Positions 24,111-36,478 of a stretch of 64,000 nucleotides of DNA are shown piece by piece. A model generated the notes under the pieces. The model worked only from the letters and a program-made list of their open reading frames with translations, was not told the DNA's origin and did not search any database. Origin of the DNA: Octopus sinensis (taxonomy: Eukaryota). Where the stretch lies: contig NC_043008.1 of the NCBI RefSeq assembly GCF_006345805.1, positions 26,598,001 through 26,662,000 of the forward strand, given 5' to 3'. The stretch's first letter is position 1, and each line of letters opens with the position of its first letter. The position numbers and the translations under genes were made by a program.

Positions 24111-24414
24111 TGACAGCATTTCAATCATTAAATGTTGGACATGCTGGGGCACTGCCTATTATTGTATTCTTATATATTTCTTTTGAAATTATTTTCAAAT
24201 ATTGTCAATGACTATCTACTATATTGTGCATGTTTAAATATTATTATTTTCATGTGTAAATGTGATGGTGATACCTTTAAAAAAAAGAAAAACAAAGCAA
24301 GAAGAAAAAAGACTATCATAACACATCTCAGTTAATAAGTTGGAAATCAAAGAGAAAATAGGTTTAGTATAATGTAATTTTGCTTATGTAAGATTTTCAG
24401 AAATAAAGTCATAT

Positions 24415-24520
24415 AGGGCAATGCTACTCAAAGTGGTGGTCCATGGACCGGTGCTGGTCCACAAACCATCAGCTGCCAGTACATAGCAAGTTTCCAGAAA
24501 AAAAAGAAATATTATAAAAT
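24415..24520 (+). mobile_element. hAT/Charlie-like terminal fragment
   Basis: caatgctactcaaagtggtggtccatggaccggtgctggtccacaaacc resembles hAT-Charlie left ends. Confidence 0.45.
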
Positions 24521-25154
24521 GCTTATGTAATATTGTATTATTTGTTTACAAAACAAATAAATATAAGATTAAAAAATCTGTCACCTTTTATTATCTTCAT
24601 TATACATATTGTTTCCAGTATGAATTAATATTACTAAGAAATATTACCAGTCCCTGGCACATTGGAAAAAACTGCCAGTATGCCACATCAGACAGTTTAA
24701 GAAGCACTGATATAGGGTATACTTGTATTTGTATAATTCTAACATCTGCCATGAGAAATAAACATAAAGATGATTTAATAACACTATCAACTATATTTAG
24801 TTTACCCACAGACTGCAATCTTAATAAACAATTACATACTTAAATTGACTTATCGGTAGCATATCAGTGAAAGAGCTCTTGTGCATTTGTTTGGCACACT
24901 GCAAATTGCATCCAAATCTCTATCAAATTCTGCTCTGCAGCCTGTAGAAAGAAAAATGGAAATATCAGATAATGCAATTTTGCCAGCATATAATATCCAG
25001 GAAAATGACACAGGTGGTCATGAAAATCTTGTTTAGTCAGGGATAATTCAAAGATAATCAACAGCAACAGTTTACTGTTCGTAGATAAATGTTTTATTTA
25101 GCTTACTGAAATTTATAAATGTTGGTATTTAGCTGAAATTTTATGATGCTAAAT

Positions 25155-25414
25155 CAGTGCTTCACAACCAGGGTCTATATAACCCATGAAGCAGGAGGGA
25201 GAATCCATATAAAATTTTGTAGCAAGAATTTATGTGCAATAAATTGGCTATACTTGTAAAATACACAAAATTTTTTTTTAGAATTTTGTACAATTCCTAA
25301 TCTTTAATTCTAAAAACATAAGAGGATTTTTTTAAACAACAAATCGCTATGAGGGTCCATCCAAAAAATAGGGGTCAAAAGGTTTCACAGGTGAAAAAGG
25401 ATTGAGAACCACTG
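25155..25414. mobile_element. hAT/Charlie-type MITE
   Basis: CAGTGCTTCACAACC ... GATTGAGAACCACTG TIRs; degenerate 8-bp TSD tgctaaat / tgctgaac. Confidence 0.75.
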
Positions 25415-26059
25415 TGCTGAACATATCCACTGAGATGAATATATCTTTGGATGAGATAGTCTATCAACAGTTTGTAGAAATGTTTAAGATATCTATTGCC
25501 GTGATACTGTTTCAATCAACTTTGAAAAATGGTGAAATTTTGTTGAATAACTAACTTTATTATTATTAGGCTGGTGGCTGGAGCATAAATTAAGGAAATG
25601 TTCTTCACATAGAATTATGAGAGTGAATTTTAACTTTAAGATAAATACTTTAAAATGAAGTTTTCTATTGCAAAACCAGTGATAGTTCCAACAGATTGAT
25701 ATAAAAAGCATTAAAAGAAGATTTGGTTTCTGGTCCTGCCAATTCAGTGAACTATCAAAATTAAGTGTTCTACACAAATTAAAAAGAAATAAATGTGTTC
25801 CCCAGATTTGAACTAAAAATCTATTAACTTCTTATCAACTAATTTATCAAATTTGTCATTACCTCTCCAATGTTTCTCCCATCATAAGCTTACTAGAGTG
25901 CTAAAGTGTGTTCCACTATCAAGTTTCACTGTGTTTGTGTAGTGTATGTGTACATGCATGAGTGTATGTATATATGCATTCACATATGTGTGCACGAGTG
26001 TATTAAATTATTTTTAGAGGTAGGACTCTCAAAGGGGGTAAAGCTATTAATAATGGTTT

Positions 26060-26235
26060 CAAATTTTGGCACAAGGCTAGTAATTTTGTGGGAAAGGGTA
26101 AGTCAATTACATCAACTTCAATGTTCAACTGGTACTTATTTTATCACCCCGAAAGGACATAGGACACAGTTGACCTCAGTGGCATTTCAACTCAAAATGT
26201 AAAGCTGTGGTAATGAATCTGCCAGCTCACTGCCT
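26060..26235 (-). mobile_element. SINE family A
   Basis: ctggtacttattttatcaccccgaaagga...gttgacctcagtggcatttcaactc. Confidence 0.7.
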
Positions 26236-26444
26236 TAATAAAGCCATTAATAATACCATGTAGAATATTGGGTTGAAAATCCCATTGGATGGAAAAAAAG
26301 TTAAAAGCTGCCCATGGGAATCAAACCCATATCTTCTGTAAATATGAATGACATTTAAACCAGTGAACCAAAGCAAACCTTTAGTTTTCCCCATCCATTT
26401 CAGAGACTCTGTTCTTACTGACAAGAATTGCAAAATTATTATTC

Positions 26445-26835
26445 TTTTATTCTTTTACTTGTTTCAATCATTTGACTGCAGCCATGCTGGAGCACCACCT
26501 TGAAGGGTTTTAGTCAAACAAATCGACCCTGAGACTTAATATTTTGTTTAACCTAGTACTTATTCTATCAACTGCATTTGCTGAACCACAAAGTTACACT
26601 GATATAAACTCACCAGCATGGTTTGTCAAGTGGTCTTAGGGAGACAAACATAGGCAAAAAGACATACACACACAGATACATACATATATACGATGGATTT
26701 TTTTTCAGTTTCTGTCTACCAAATCCACTCACAAGGCTTTGGTCAGCACGTGACTATAGCAGAAGACACTTACCCAAGGTGTCGTGCAGTGGGACTGAAT
26801 CTCAAACTATGTGGTTAGGAAGCAAAATAAGAATT
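26445..26835 (-). mobile_element. SINE family B (CORE-type)
   Basis: Reverse complement of the 40715-41125 architecture. Confidence 0.8.
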
Positions 26836-27554
26836 AAAAGACTTTGAGAGATAGAAGTAAATTATATGATGATGTTTGGCTAGATACATATAACTGCAGG
26901 ATTGCTTATAAAACTAAAACAATCTGAGAAAATACAAAAATAGACTTGGGTTTCCTGAATAAAAAAAAAAAGCATATATAAATGTATTAAATGTTATTAT
27001 TACAGATTTCGCTTTTTAATTGAAGAGACTAATTTTTTGAAATTATTACACAAGCATCATAAAAGTGAAAACATTTCTTATTAAAAATATATATTAGAAT
27101 ATAATTTCAAATTTAAAAAGTATTAGAAAATAATTTCACAATGTTTGTGTGTGGGCGTGTTTCAAAATGAATTTTCAATTTGCTATTACTTTCAAATATA
27201 TATATGTTTTTAGGAAATGTTTTCTTTTTTACAATGCCAGTGTAATAACTTAAAAAACTTAGCCTCTTCAACTTTTAAAAAGAGGAATCTATAACAATGA
27301 TGTTTAATACACTCACATATTCACTTTGTTTACTCAGGTTACCCAAATTTGTTTTTGTATTTTTGTGGATTGTGTTGATTTCATTAGCAATACTGCAGTT
27401 ATATGTATCTAAAACCAGTTATTTTTAATGGTAGAACTCAAAGTAGATATAGCTATTAATAGTGGTTCCAAATTTTGGCACAAAGCCAACAATTTGGGGG
27501 GAGGGTTACGTCAATCACATCGACCCCAGTTGATGCAATTGGTACTTGTTTATA

Positions 27555-27784
27555 TCATTTACATTTGACGGATATTTGTCCTCATCTTGTTTGTTGTTAA
27601 CACGTTTCAGCTGATATATCCTCCAGCCTTCATCAGGTGTCTTGGGGAACTTTCGAACCTGGGTTCTCATTCCTAAGGTATTTTTCGATGTTGTTGTTAT
27701 TATCAGTATTCAGGTCACTGACTGGAATTGAACTCAGAATCTTGGGGTTAGTAGCCCGTGCTCTTAACCACTATGCCATATGCC
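27555..27784 (-). mobile_element. tRNA-headed short element (A/B boxes) carrying a minimal hammerhead core
   Basis: Minus strand: A box TGGCATAGTGG (27768-27778), B box GTTCAATTCC (27724-27733), then gacac-CTGATGA-a-ggctg-gaggatatat-cagct-GAAAC-gtgtt (27599-27641). Confidence 0.75.
27599..27641 (-). ncRNA. Minimal type-I hammerhead ribozyme motif, probably inactive in this copy
   Basis: CUGAUGA and GAAAC conserved; stem II ggctg/cagct; stem I gacac/gtgtt; no room for a GUH triplet between GAAAC and the stem I 3' strand. Confidence 0.55.
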
Positions 27785-27788
27785 TGTG

Positions 27789-27858
27789 GGCAAATGGCAT
27801 AATGGTTAAGAGCACAGGTTACCAACCCCAAGATTCTGAGTTCAATTCCAGTCAGTGA

Positions 27859-27918
<60 letters not shown>

Positions 27919-27995
27919 CAACATCGAAAAATACCTTAGGAATATCCATCAAATGTAAATAATGTACATAATTCCTCGTCTCTTAAATATAGAAC
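27789..27995 (+). mobile_element. Second, divergently oriented copy of the same element, with the hammerhead segment deleted and (TAA)n expanded
   Basis: A box TGGCATAATGG 27795-27805, B box GTTCAATTCC 27840-27849; ...ccttaggaat joins directly to atccatcaaatgtaaat. Confidence 0.75.
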
Positions 27996-27999
27996 TGAT

Positions 28000-28130
28000 A
28001 TTTATTTTATTGACCATAAATAGATGAAAGGCAAAGTTGACTTTGGAGATATTTGAACTCAGAACATAAAGTCACAAAGCATTTTGCTCAGCATGCTAAC
28101 ATTTCTGCCAGACTGTCACCTAACCTAAAG
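28000..28130 (-). mobile_element. SINE family A, degraded
   Basis: gatgaaaggcaaagttgactttggagatatttgaactcagaac. Confidence 0.65.
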
Positions 28131-28269
28131 CTATTAATAATAAAATGGAATACTGGGTTTAAAAACTTCTTAGATGGAAAAAATTTGAATGCCACCTATA
28201 GAACTTTGATCAGCATCTGCAAACATGATGGATGCTTTAACTAATATACCAAAGCAACACTCCAAATTT

Positions 28270-28612
28270 TGTTGGCTGTGTGGTAAGAAGCTGCTGGCAT
28301 GAGTGAGTGGTAAGAAGTTTGCTTCCCAACCATATTATTCTGGGTTCAATCCCATTACATGGCACTTTGGGCAAGTGTCTTCTCCTGTACTCTTGGGCCA
28401 ACCAAACCCTTGTAAGTGGATTTGGTAGATGGAAACTGAAAGACATCCATTGTATGTGTGTGTGTGTGTGGGGGGGTGCCTGTGTTTGTTCCCCATCACT
28501 GCTTGACAACCAGTGTTGGTATGTTTACATCCCTGTACTTTAGTTGTTCAGCTAAAACCCTTCAATGCAGTGCCCCAGGATAGCCACAGTCAAATGACTG
28601 AAACAAGTAAAA
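28270..28612 (+). mobile_element. SINE family B (CORE-type)
   Basis: ggctgtgtggtaagaag...gggttcaatccc...ctttgggcaagtgtcttctc...gactgaaacaagt. Confidence 0.8.
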
Positions 28613-28881
28613 TAGGAGAGATTACCAGTGACAGTTGTAAGATGTTAACAATATAAGAATTTAGAAACTCTGAGAGATATGAAGTAAACTATTTCTGATG
28701 GTGGAACTCAAAATAGATAATGCTATAATGGTGTGTATAATATTGAGTTAAAACCTTTTTGAATGAGAAAAAAGTGAAAGGCAGTCATTGGGACTCAAAT
28801 CTACATCTTCTGCGAATCTGACAGGCATTCTAACCATTATACCAAGGCAAGAATGTTTTTAACCCAATTTTCTTTATGCTA

Positions 28882-28923
<42 letters not shown>

Positions 28924-28924
<1 letters not shown>

Positions 28925-29297
28925 TGATGACGGAAATGGAAGATATATTTGGCACTAGTCTTTATTCAGTACGACGATCTTTTTGTCTCATTCTGAAACT
29001 GTTATGGGTAGGATTTTATGCATCTAATTGTGCTGCATAAATCTGTGCAGTTTGTATCACATCAAGCTTTGATCAAGATACAGCAGGCACGAACAACATA
29101 CCTAGGTCATCTCAGTATATCTAGTGGGACATCCCATCCTTTTGTATGTATCTGATGTGACTCAAACTGCACGGATTTATGCAACACTATTAGATGTTCA
29201 AAATACTGCCCATAACAGACAATTTCAGTATGAGTTGAAATGATTGTCATACTGAATAAAGACTAGTGCCAAATATATCTTCCATCTTCTTCATCAA
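28924..29297. repeat. Foldback element, arms about 140 bp, spacer about 88 bp, (TAA)n/(TTA)n outside
   Basis: Arms 28924-29064 / 29153-29297; 34-bp perfect inverted match ggaagatatatttggcactagtctttattcagta. Confidence 0.85.
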
Positions 29298-29454
29298 CTA
29301 TTATTATCACAACTAATACTGTGGAATTCCTGAAGTAGATCCAGCAGAAATATACTCCAGCAGTGGATGACACCAGGTAGCTCAAACTGTGTATGTACTT
29401 TATTCATTTGCTCAACACACTAATTGACATATACCCATTAGTCCAAAAAATTAC

Positions 29455-29485
<31 letters not shown>

Positions 29486-29486
<1 letters not shown>

Positions 29487-30712
29487 TAAGGTATGTAGAA
29501 AAATACAACATGGACAAGAACGTATAACTCTTAGAAGACGACACAATAAACACGGACAGGACACTCGAAACCCTCAGTCTTCAGTCAAGAACCGGATCAT
29601 CGTAGTAATTTCGGCTGATTAATCTTGAGATTACTAGATCACGGCCAGCCCTCCAAGAAAAACTAAGCAACGAGCATTAGAAAAACTAAGCTGGAAGCGT
29701 AGATTTCCTGGAAGAAGGATCGAATGCATACGAACACCAGGACAGCAAAAGGGACAGATATAAAAAAAAAAAAAAAAAACAATAATGGAATACAGAAACA
29801 TGAAATACAGAAGCATTAACGGTGAAAACAACAAGTGTCTTACGACTGATAACAAGCAAACAAATTTTTTCTCTGGCGCATTGGAAGAAGCCTTTATAGC
29901 GGCGGGCGAAAAACAACGATGTTAACACGACGAGGGTCAGGAGCTGAAAGGCAGATTTCGGCCAACAGTCACGTGACAGAGAAGAGGGAAAAGAAAAGAA
30001 AGAGAAGCAAAGGAAGAGAGAGAGAGAGGAGGGACAAACGCAACAAAGAGAGAGAAGAGAGAGAAAAAGAAGGAATCAGAGAGGAGAAGGGATGGGTGTC
30101 GAAGAATGACCTGTGAGTGCAGAGCGAGACAAAGAAATAGGAGGGTAGTGGAAGACTAGACCAAAGAATCAGAGGAAAGAGAAGAGAAAAAGAGGATGAG
30201 TAGAGAGAAAAGAGAGAGAGGGGGACAGATCAAGTAAAAATGAGAGAGAGAGAGAGACAAACAGAGAGTCGTACCAATTATTAAGAATATGTGCTCACAT
30301 TAAAGATAAGGGGGGTACGGGGCGCCTGGAATATATGTTAAGGTATGTAGAAAAATACAACATGGACAAGAACGTATAACTCTTAGAAGACGACACAATA
30401 AACACGGACAGGACACTCGAAACCCTCAGTCTTCAGTCAAGAACCGGATCATCGTAGTAATTTCGGCTGATTAATCTTGAGATTACTAGATCACGGCCAG
30501 CCCTCCAAGAAAAACTAAGCAACGAGCATTAGAAAAACTAAGCTGGAAGCGTAGATTTCCTGGAAGAAGGATCGAATGCATACGAACACCAGGACAGCAA
30601 AAGGGACAGATATAAAAAAAAAAAAAAACAATAATGGAATACAGAAACATGAAATACAGAAGCATTAACGGTGAAAACAACAAGTGTCTTACGACTGATA
30701 ACAAGCAAACAA

Positions 30713-30714
<2 letters not shown>
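29486..30714 (+). mobile_element. Young non-coding element with near-identical direct repeats of about 380 bp (Penelope pLTR partial tandem, or TRIM-like)
   Basis: Repeats 29486-29865 and 30338-30714 differ, as far as I can read, only in poly-A length (18 vs 15); 472-bp GA-rich spacer; (TA)n on both flanks. Confidence 0.75.
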
Positions 30715-30798
<84 letters not shown>

Positions 30799-30818
30799 TT
30801 GTATATATATATACACAC

Positions 30819-30865
<47 letters not shown>

Positions 30866-32629
30866 TGTATATATATACACATGTGTATATATGTATATAT
30901 ATGCACATATGTATATATATATGTATATAGTCTTATCAACTTGAAGTTCCATCATTAAAAATGATTTACTTGATATCTTTCAAAGTCTCTAAATTCTGAT
31001 AATGTATGTGTGCATAGTGTATGTGTATTCATTGAATGTATGCATGTGTTTTGTTCACATTTACATATATGTATATATATATATATATATCTTCTATTTA
31101 TTCAGAAAAAAAAATCAATTGTCATTTCCTATGATCTTCAGGTCACTGAGTTACTGTACCTGGTGACTGAACAATGATTCCCTACAAACTTTAATCTCTG
31201 CTAATATATCATCAATTAACCTCATGTGCAATGGTAGGTGTGACCGCTTTTAGTCTAGTCACAACTGATGTCTATGGCAATATCATTCTTGTGAACCATT
31301 CTGGTTCTTCTCTATTCACAGTACATATTAGTCAGACTTATTCAATTTCTACTATTTGTTTTTTAAAGATATTTTCTATCATGTTGTCTTTACACTGTTA
31401 TAATCGTCCAATATCTTGCATTTTGATGTGTTTTCAACGTAGTTATAATTATGAAGCCAAGTTCTATCACTTGCTCTGGGCAATTATTCATAGTTTTGGT
31501 AGGAATACTGTATTTCATTTCTGTAAATGTTAGTACTAAAAAGATACCTTATAAGTGCTCTCTATCTTTTGTTGAAAGAAGCCTTGGCAATGCATTAAAA
31601 TATCTATGCAGTAAAAACAGTTTCAATGTTTTTAGACTTGTTTAATGTATGTAATTTATTGTCTTGCTTCTCATCTTAATCTCTGTCTAAAGAAAATTAC
31701 TGAAGATGTAAAGGACAAACTGTAGACACATTTTAAGTTAATCTATATTTTCTTGAATGTGTGTACATGCATTTGTGTCTGTGTATTTGTGTGTGTGTCT
31801 GTATTAGCGAATGTTTGCATCCTTGTATGTTTATGTTTGTGTCTAGCTGTAATTTACAAACATGTGCACTTGGTATATATATACTTGTCAATATTTGTTT
31901 TGCTCTCAATGCAAACAGTATTTTATGGAGAGGTGTTTTAAAATTAAAGCTAAAATCATTGGTTTTTCAACTAGGTCATACTAAAGTAGAGAAATATTCT
32001 GAGCTGAAATGTTCACTAAAACTGACACTCATCACTATAGTGAAGTGACGAGAAACATTTAGTGTATAATGCTGGAAAATTGTCTTTTATATTGCTTTAT
32101 TCGAATGACTTCATCTTGTCTCTTTAATGTGCACCAGCTAGGAACTGAAATTTCATGTTGTCATTGCATCTCTTTCTATATGTGACCTGCCACCTTCCAA
32201 CACTACAAATAACTAGTAATTCCTCTTTACCTAATACACCAAATAATTTTCTTGTATGTATGCATTAAATTGACTTAGTAAATATTATTTATTATATTTG
32301 ACTCTTCTTCTCTCAGACAGCACCTGACTTTAAAAGTCTTTCTTCGAGTGACATTCAGAATTGACAATTTCCTTTCCTTTCTGCATACAAAGCAAACATG
32401 GTTGTATGATCACATTAATATTCAAACAAATAAATGGCTCACCAAATTTTCTTTTACCTTTAAATGTATCTGAAGGGAGAATTATTCTAAGATATGGCAA
32501 GTTCTGGCAAACCTCGCCAAATCATTTCCAATAGGAAATGCACTTTTCTCTTTTTAACTTATTTCTCATTATAGTGGACACACATGCACACAAATACACA
32601 CATGCGCATACACACACTTACTAATAATT

Positions 32630-32830
32630 ATTCTTTCTACTCTAGGCACAAGGCCTGAAAGTTTTGGGGAGGAGGGCAATCAATTAGTTCAACCTCAGTA
32701 CGCAACTGCTACTTAATTTATTGACCTGAAAGGATGAAAGGCAAAGTCGATCTCAGCGAAATTTGAACTCAGAATGTAATGACAGATGAAATACCACTAA
32801 GCATCTTGCCTGGCATGCTAATGTTTCTAC
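32630..32830 (-). mobile_element. SINE family A
   Basis: gacctgaaaggatgaaaggcaaagtcgatctcagcgaaatttgaactcagaatg. Confidence 0.8.
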
Positions 32831-32893
32831 CAGGATTAATTTATTTTCCTTACCTGAAACAAACGTGAGCAACCAATGGCATACTTCTATTTA

Positions 32894-32928
<35 letters not shown>

Positions 32929-32979
32929 ACACACACACATTCACACACAAACATGCACGCACACACACACATCAATCAT

Positions 32980-33583
32980 CATCATCATCATCATTTAATG
33001 ACTGTTTTCCATGCTGGCATGGGTTGGACAGCTTGATAGGAACTGGCAAGACCAGGGGCAACACCAAGTTCCATAGCCTGTTTTGGCTTAATTTCTAATG
33101 CTGGATGCATTTCCTAACACCAACCACTATATGGAGTGAACTGAGTGCTTTTTACATGGTACCATTTACCAGTGATTTTTATGTGATACCGGCATGAGAG
33201 CTTTCTTACTTGGCACCAGCAACAATACTAATGCTTTATAAATGTCACCTTGGTTTTAGGATATCAATTCTGTTATGATGGATGGGTCTTCATGAGTACA
33301 GGGCAATGCACTCCACATCTTGGTTCTCTATCATCTCCTTCATAAGTCTCAATGTTTGGAAATTGGCCTTTAATACTTCGTTCTTTGTCTTCCTGGGTCA
33401 CCCTCCACAATTTCCTTTTCTTTTAAGTGATCACCACATCCTTAGACAACTGTCCTCATCTATCTGCTTCACATGGCCAAACCAGTGCAGTCTCCTCTCT
33501 TGCATACTGCATATAATTCTTATGCCTAACCTTCCTCTCAATACATTAGTGCTCTGTTGTACATGTACACTGACACTGCACAT

Positions 33584-33585
<2 letters not shown>
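32980..33585 (-). mobile_element. RTE LINE 3' fragment
   Basis: Decayed LHWFGHV...DEDSCLR coding end, a 3' UTR with short tandem units, and a (CAT)n tail shared with 55020-56390. Confidence 0.7.
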
Positions 33586-33632
<47 letters not shown>

Positions 33633-33744
33633 CGTGACTAACCAGGGTATCAGATGTTGCTACACATCGCTAGTCACAATGCACTTCGCATTGTTTTAGC
33701 CTTCAAATGACACCACCCCACTGGCTAATATATATATATATATA

Positions 33745-34025
33745 TATCGGAGACCCCCTTTGGTCATGAATGACCATGGGATTGCACCTAGAAAGTTACT
33801 CTCCAAGGCACAAGTCCGGGCAAGGTTGTTTATGGAAGACCAGCAGTCGCCCATGCATACCAGCCTTCCCTCTCCATGCCACCGATGTCACCCAAGGGAA
33901 AGGCAAAGGCCAATACAGCTTGACACCAGTGATGTCACGACTCATTTCTGCAGCTGAGTGAACTGGAGCAATGTGAAATAAAGTGTCTTGCTCAAGAACA
34001 CAACACATAACCTGGACCAAGATTC
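33745..34025 (-). mobile_element. SINE family C
   Basis: Reverse complement of 42648-42968 (tgtgttcttgagcaagacactttatttcacattgctccagttcactcagctg...ggtcattcatgacc). Confidence 0.8.
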
Positions 34026-34029
34026 TTTG

Positions 34030-34464
34030 AGTAGCCACCCTCTTGCCTCAGGACAACTCTACTGCCTTCAGGTATTTGATGTAGACCTCCATGTTGAGTG
34101 TGAGGCCATGTGGGACGATGAATGGCGGCATAATGTCACCATCACTAGTGATCACTCTAAATACCACGATGTTGACCAGATGGTTGATTTTTTATAACTC
34201 ATTTTACATGTCCTCAGATTGTACTGTCCTCAGTTTGACGCCCACACATGTTGAAATGTTTGTATTGGAGCTTCTGGTAAGAATGCGAAGCAGTACAGCA
34301 TGTTGTTTCCAAATTTTTGTTAGAGTGAATTATGTCATGGTGGTGTTTTTCTCACAGACGGACCCCAACTAATTATACTGTGTAGTCGACAAAATCAAAA
34401 ACAAACAATGCACATGCATGAAATTAAAAATGTAAAATGGTGACAATTTACCAATTGTACCCTG
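34030..34464 (-). mobile_element. Tc1/mariner-superfamily fragment (maT-like by recall), internally deleted
   Basis: TA|CAGGGTACAATTGG terminus at 34464; HLVNIVVFRVITSDGDIMPPFIVPHGLTLNMEVYIKYL. Confidence 0.6.
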
Positions 34465-34467
34465 TAT

Positions 34468-34499
<32 letters not shown>

Positions 34500-36478
34500 G
34501 TATATATTACAGCAGTAACAGCACCAAAACAGTGTTTAAGCATAAGTAATATATTTCAGTGTCTAAAGGCAAATTCATTGCAGTTACCTTGGAGAAAAGA
34601 AATCTCTCTTTTTACCATAAAAAACAATTTCATAATAATCTGATGGGTTACTCAATAACTTATAGGGTACAAATTTATTATTTTTATATAATTACAACAA
34701 CACACACACACATAAATTTAAATAAAGAAGTATTATTATAATGATAAGGTAGCTAGCAAGTTTACACCTTTACAGACATGATATAAAGTAAATTAAGATT
34801 CAGTAGGGTATATAAATACCACTAGCTAAAATCAGAGCCATTACTCCAAAAACCACCATATGCTTTTAATATTTTGCTTTGGCATTAAAAGACTAATAAT
34901 CTGGTGTAGAACTCAATATATGTATGTTTGAGAACAAAGTGTTAGCTAAGTATAGAGCAGTAATAAGAAAGAGAGATGACAAGGGAATAAATGATTTGCT
35001 TATGAACTTCATTAGCTCACAGCTGTTTCTGCTATAAGATGCAGTAGACTCATAGTTGAGTGCCAGAATAACACCTTATAACTTCATCAGAGCCACGAAT
35101 ATGAAGTGTAATTTTTGGGAAAGAATCACATTTGTTTATATATGCCATATTTGCCAGCATATAAGACACAAGACACATTCTTATTTTACAAGTATATTTT
35201 GTGGAAAAATAAATTTAGTATGTTTCATCATATACCTATTCAAACGTATCTCAGAGTGATTTTGTAGGGAAAATTTATGATTCTGTGACAGTATGGATAA
35301 ATAAAGAATGAAACCACAAATTTATCATATATAAAAGCACTGGGACTGAACCTAGAACAATGCGGTAGGGAAGCAAGCTTTTAACCACACAGCCATGCCT
35401 GCAAACAGACAGTCATAATTTGGTTTGTTTTCAATATTTTATTATTAGTGACTATTATTGTACTGAGAAGATTTTTGCTAGTCCAGTTCCCTAGTCTATA
35501 GAGCTCAGTTTCTCATCTGTAATATGACCACCTTAGATGTAGAACCAATTTTTAAATAGATTTTAAAATAGAAAAAAAAACCTATTTTATATGCTGCCAA
35601 GTATGATATGTATGTTTCTTTTTGGAGGATAATGATGAGGTGGTAAATTTATACAACCCCACTCTTGGTTTCAGTGGGAAATAATTATTTTTCCTCATTC
35701 TTTTTTTCATGTGCTTTCAATTAATCTAGCCTTCGATCATGACCCCCCATCCCTGTCTTTTTAACTAGGGAAAAGCCCTAAGCAGCATATTCAGAGGTTG
35801 GATTAGTTAATAGTATATGAGAAGGACCACTGTAAAAAATTATTTCCCACCAATATAAGAGCAGTGTATATTTGCAAATCCCTGATCATCTTCCTGCACC
35901 CACTTCCATATTCTTTTTCTACAAAGCTAGTAGTTTCTGATTGGTTTGGTGGTCATATTTGTAGGCAGTACAAGGGGGGGGGAGATAAAAACGCTGGAAT
36001 GAGAAAGTCTAAGGTCCCCTTCCCCATCCCCTTCTATTTTCTGTGAGTAAAAAGTCCTTTGCAGCATGTTCAGAGATCAGATTAGATGTAAGCACATTTT
36101 TCTGTTTGTTCAAAGACTGTTATTTAAATGTTCGCATGAAAAATAGAAGCATTGCTAATTCCCTTATATATTATTGTTCTCAGTATTCATGACTCAAACC
36201 TAACTGAGGAGTTCTATAATCAAAGTTATTATAGCTTTGTCTTTTTCTTGTGTGTTGGGTACCCTGGACCACATCATCTATTTTTTTTTATCACAACAGT
36301 TTGTGAGATGAGAAAGATTTAGTTGTTTAGTTTCTTCCATATTAAGCTGTTATTTTTACAGTGTTTCTAACTGAAGTGTTATGACACATTATTTTTACAG
36401 TAGTTGAGGTATTGCACGGTTTCCTATGGAGCTTATATTTTATGTGTTAGACTAAAACAAGAGTGTCACGTACTTTAA

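Noticed and set aside
24830-24941. Minus-strand exon candidate with a strong acceptor (CRAEFDRDLDAICSVPNKC...)
   Set aside because: All three frames hit a stop before the only good donor (GTATGT); no recognisable homology
29600-29665. Minus-strand ggctg...cagcc-GAAA stem in the direct repeat
   Set aside because: The upstream sequence (tcttgga) does not match CUGANGA
30486-30955. Long ORFs of YI/CV/TH repeats here and elsewhere (e.g. 46877-47335, 51461-52136 plus strand)
   Set aside because: Translations of microsatellites or antisense frames of LINEs
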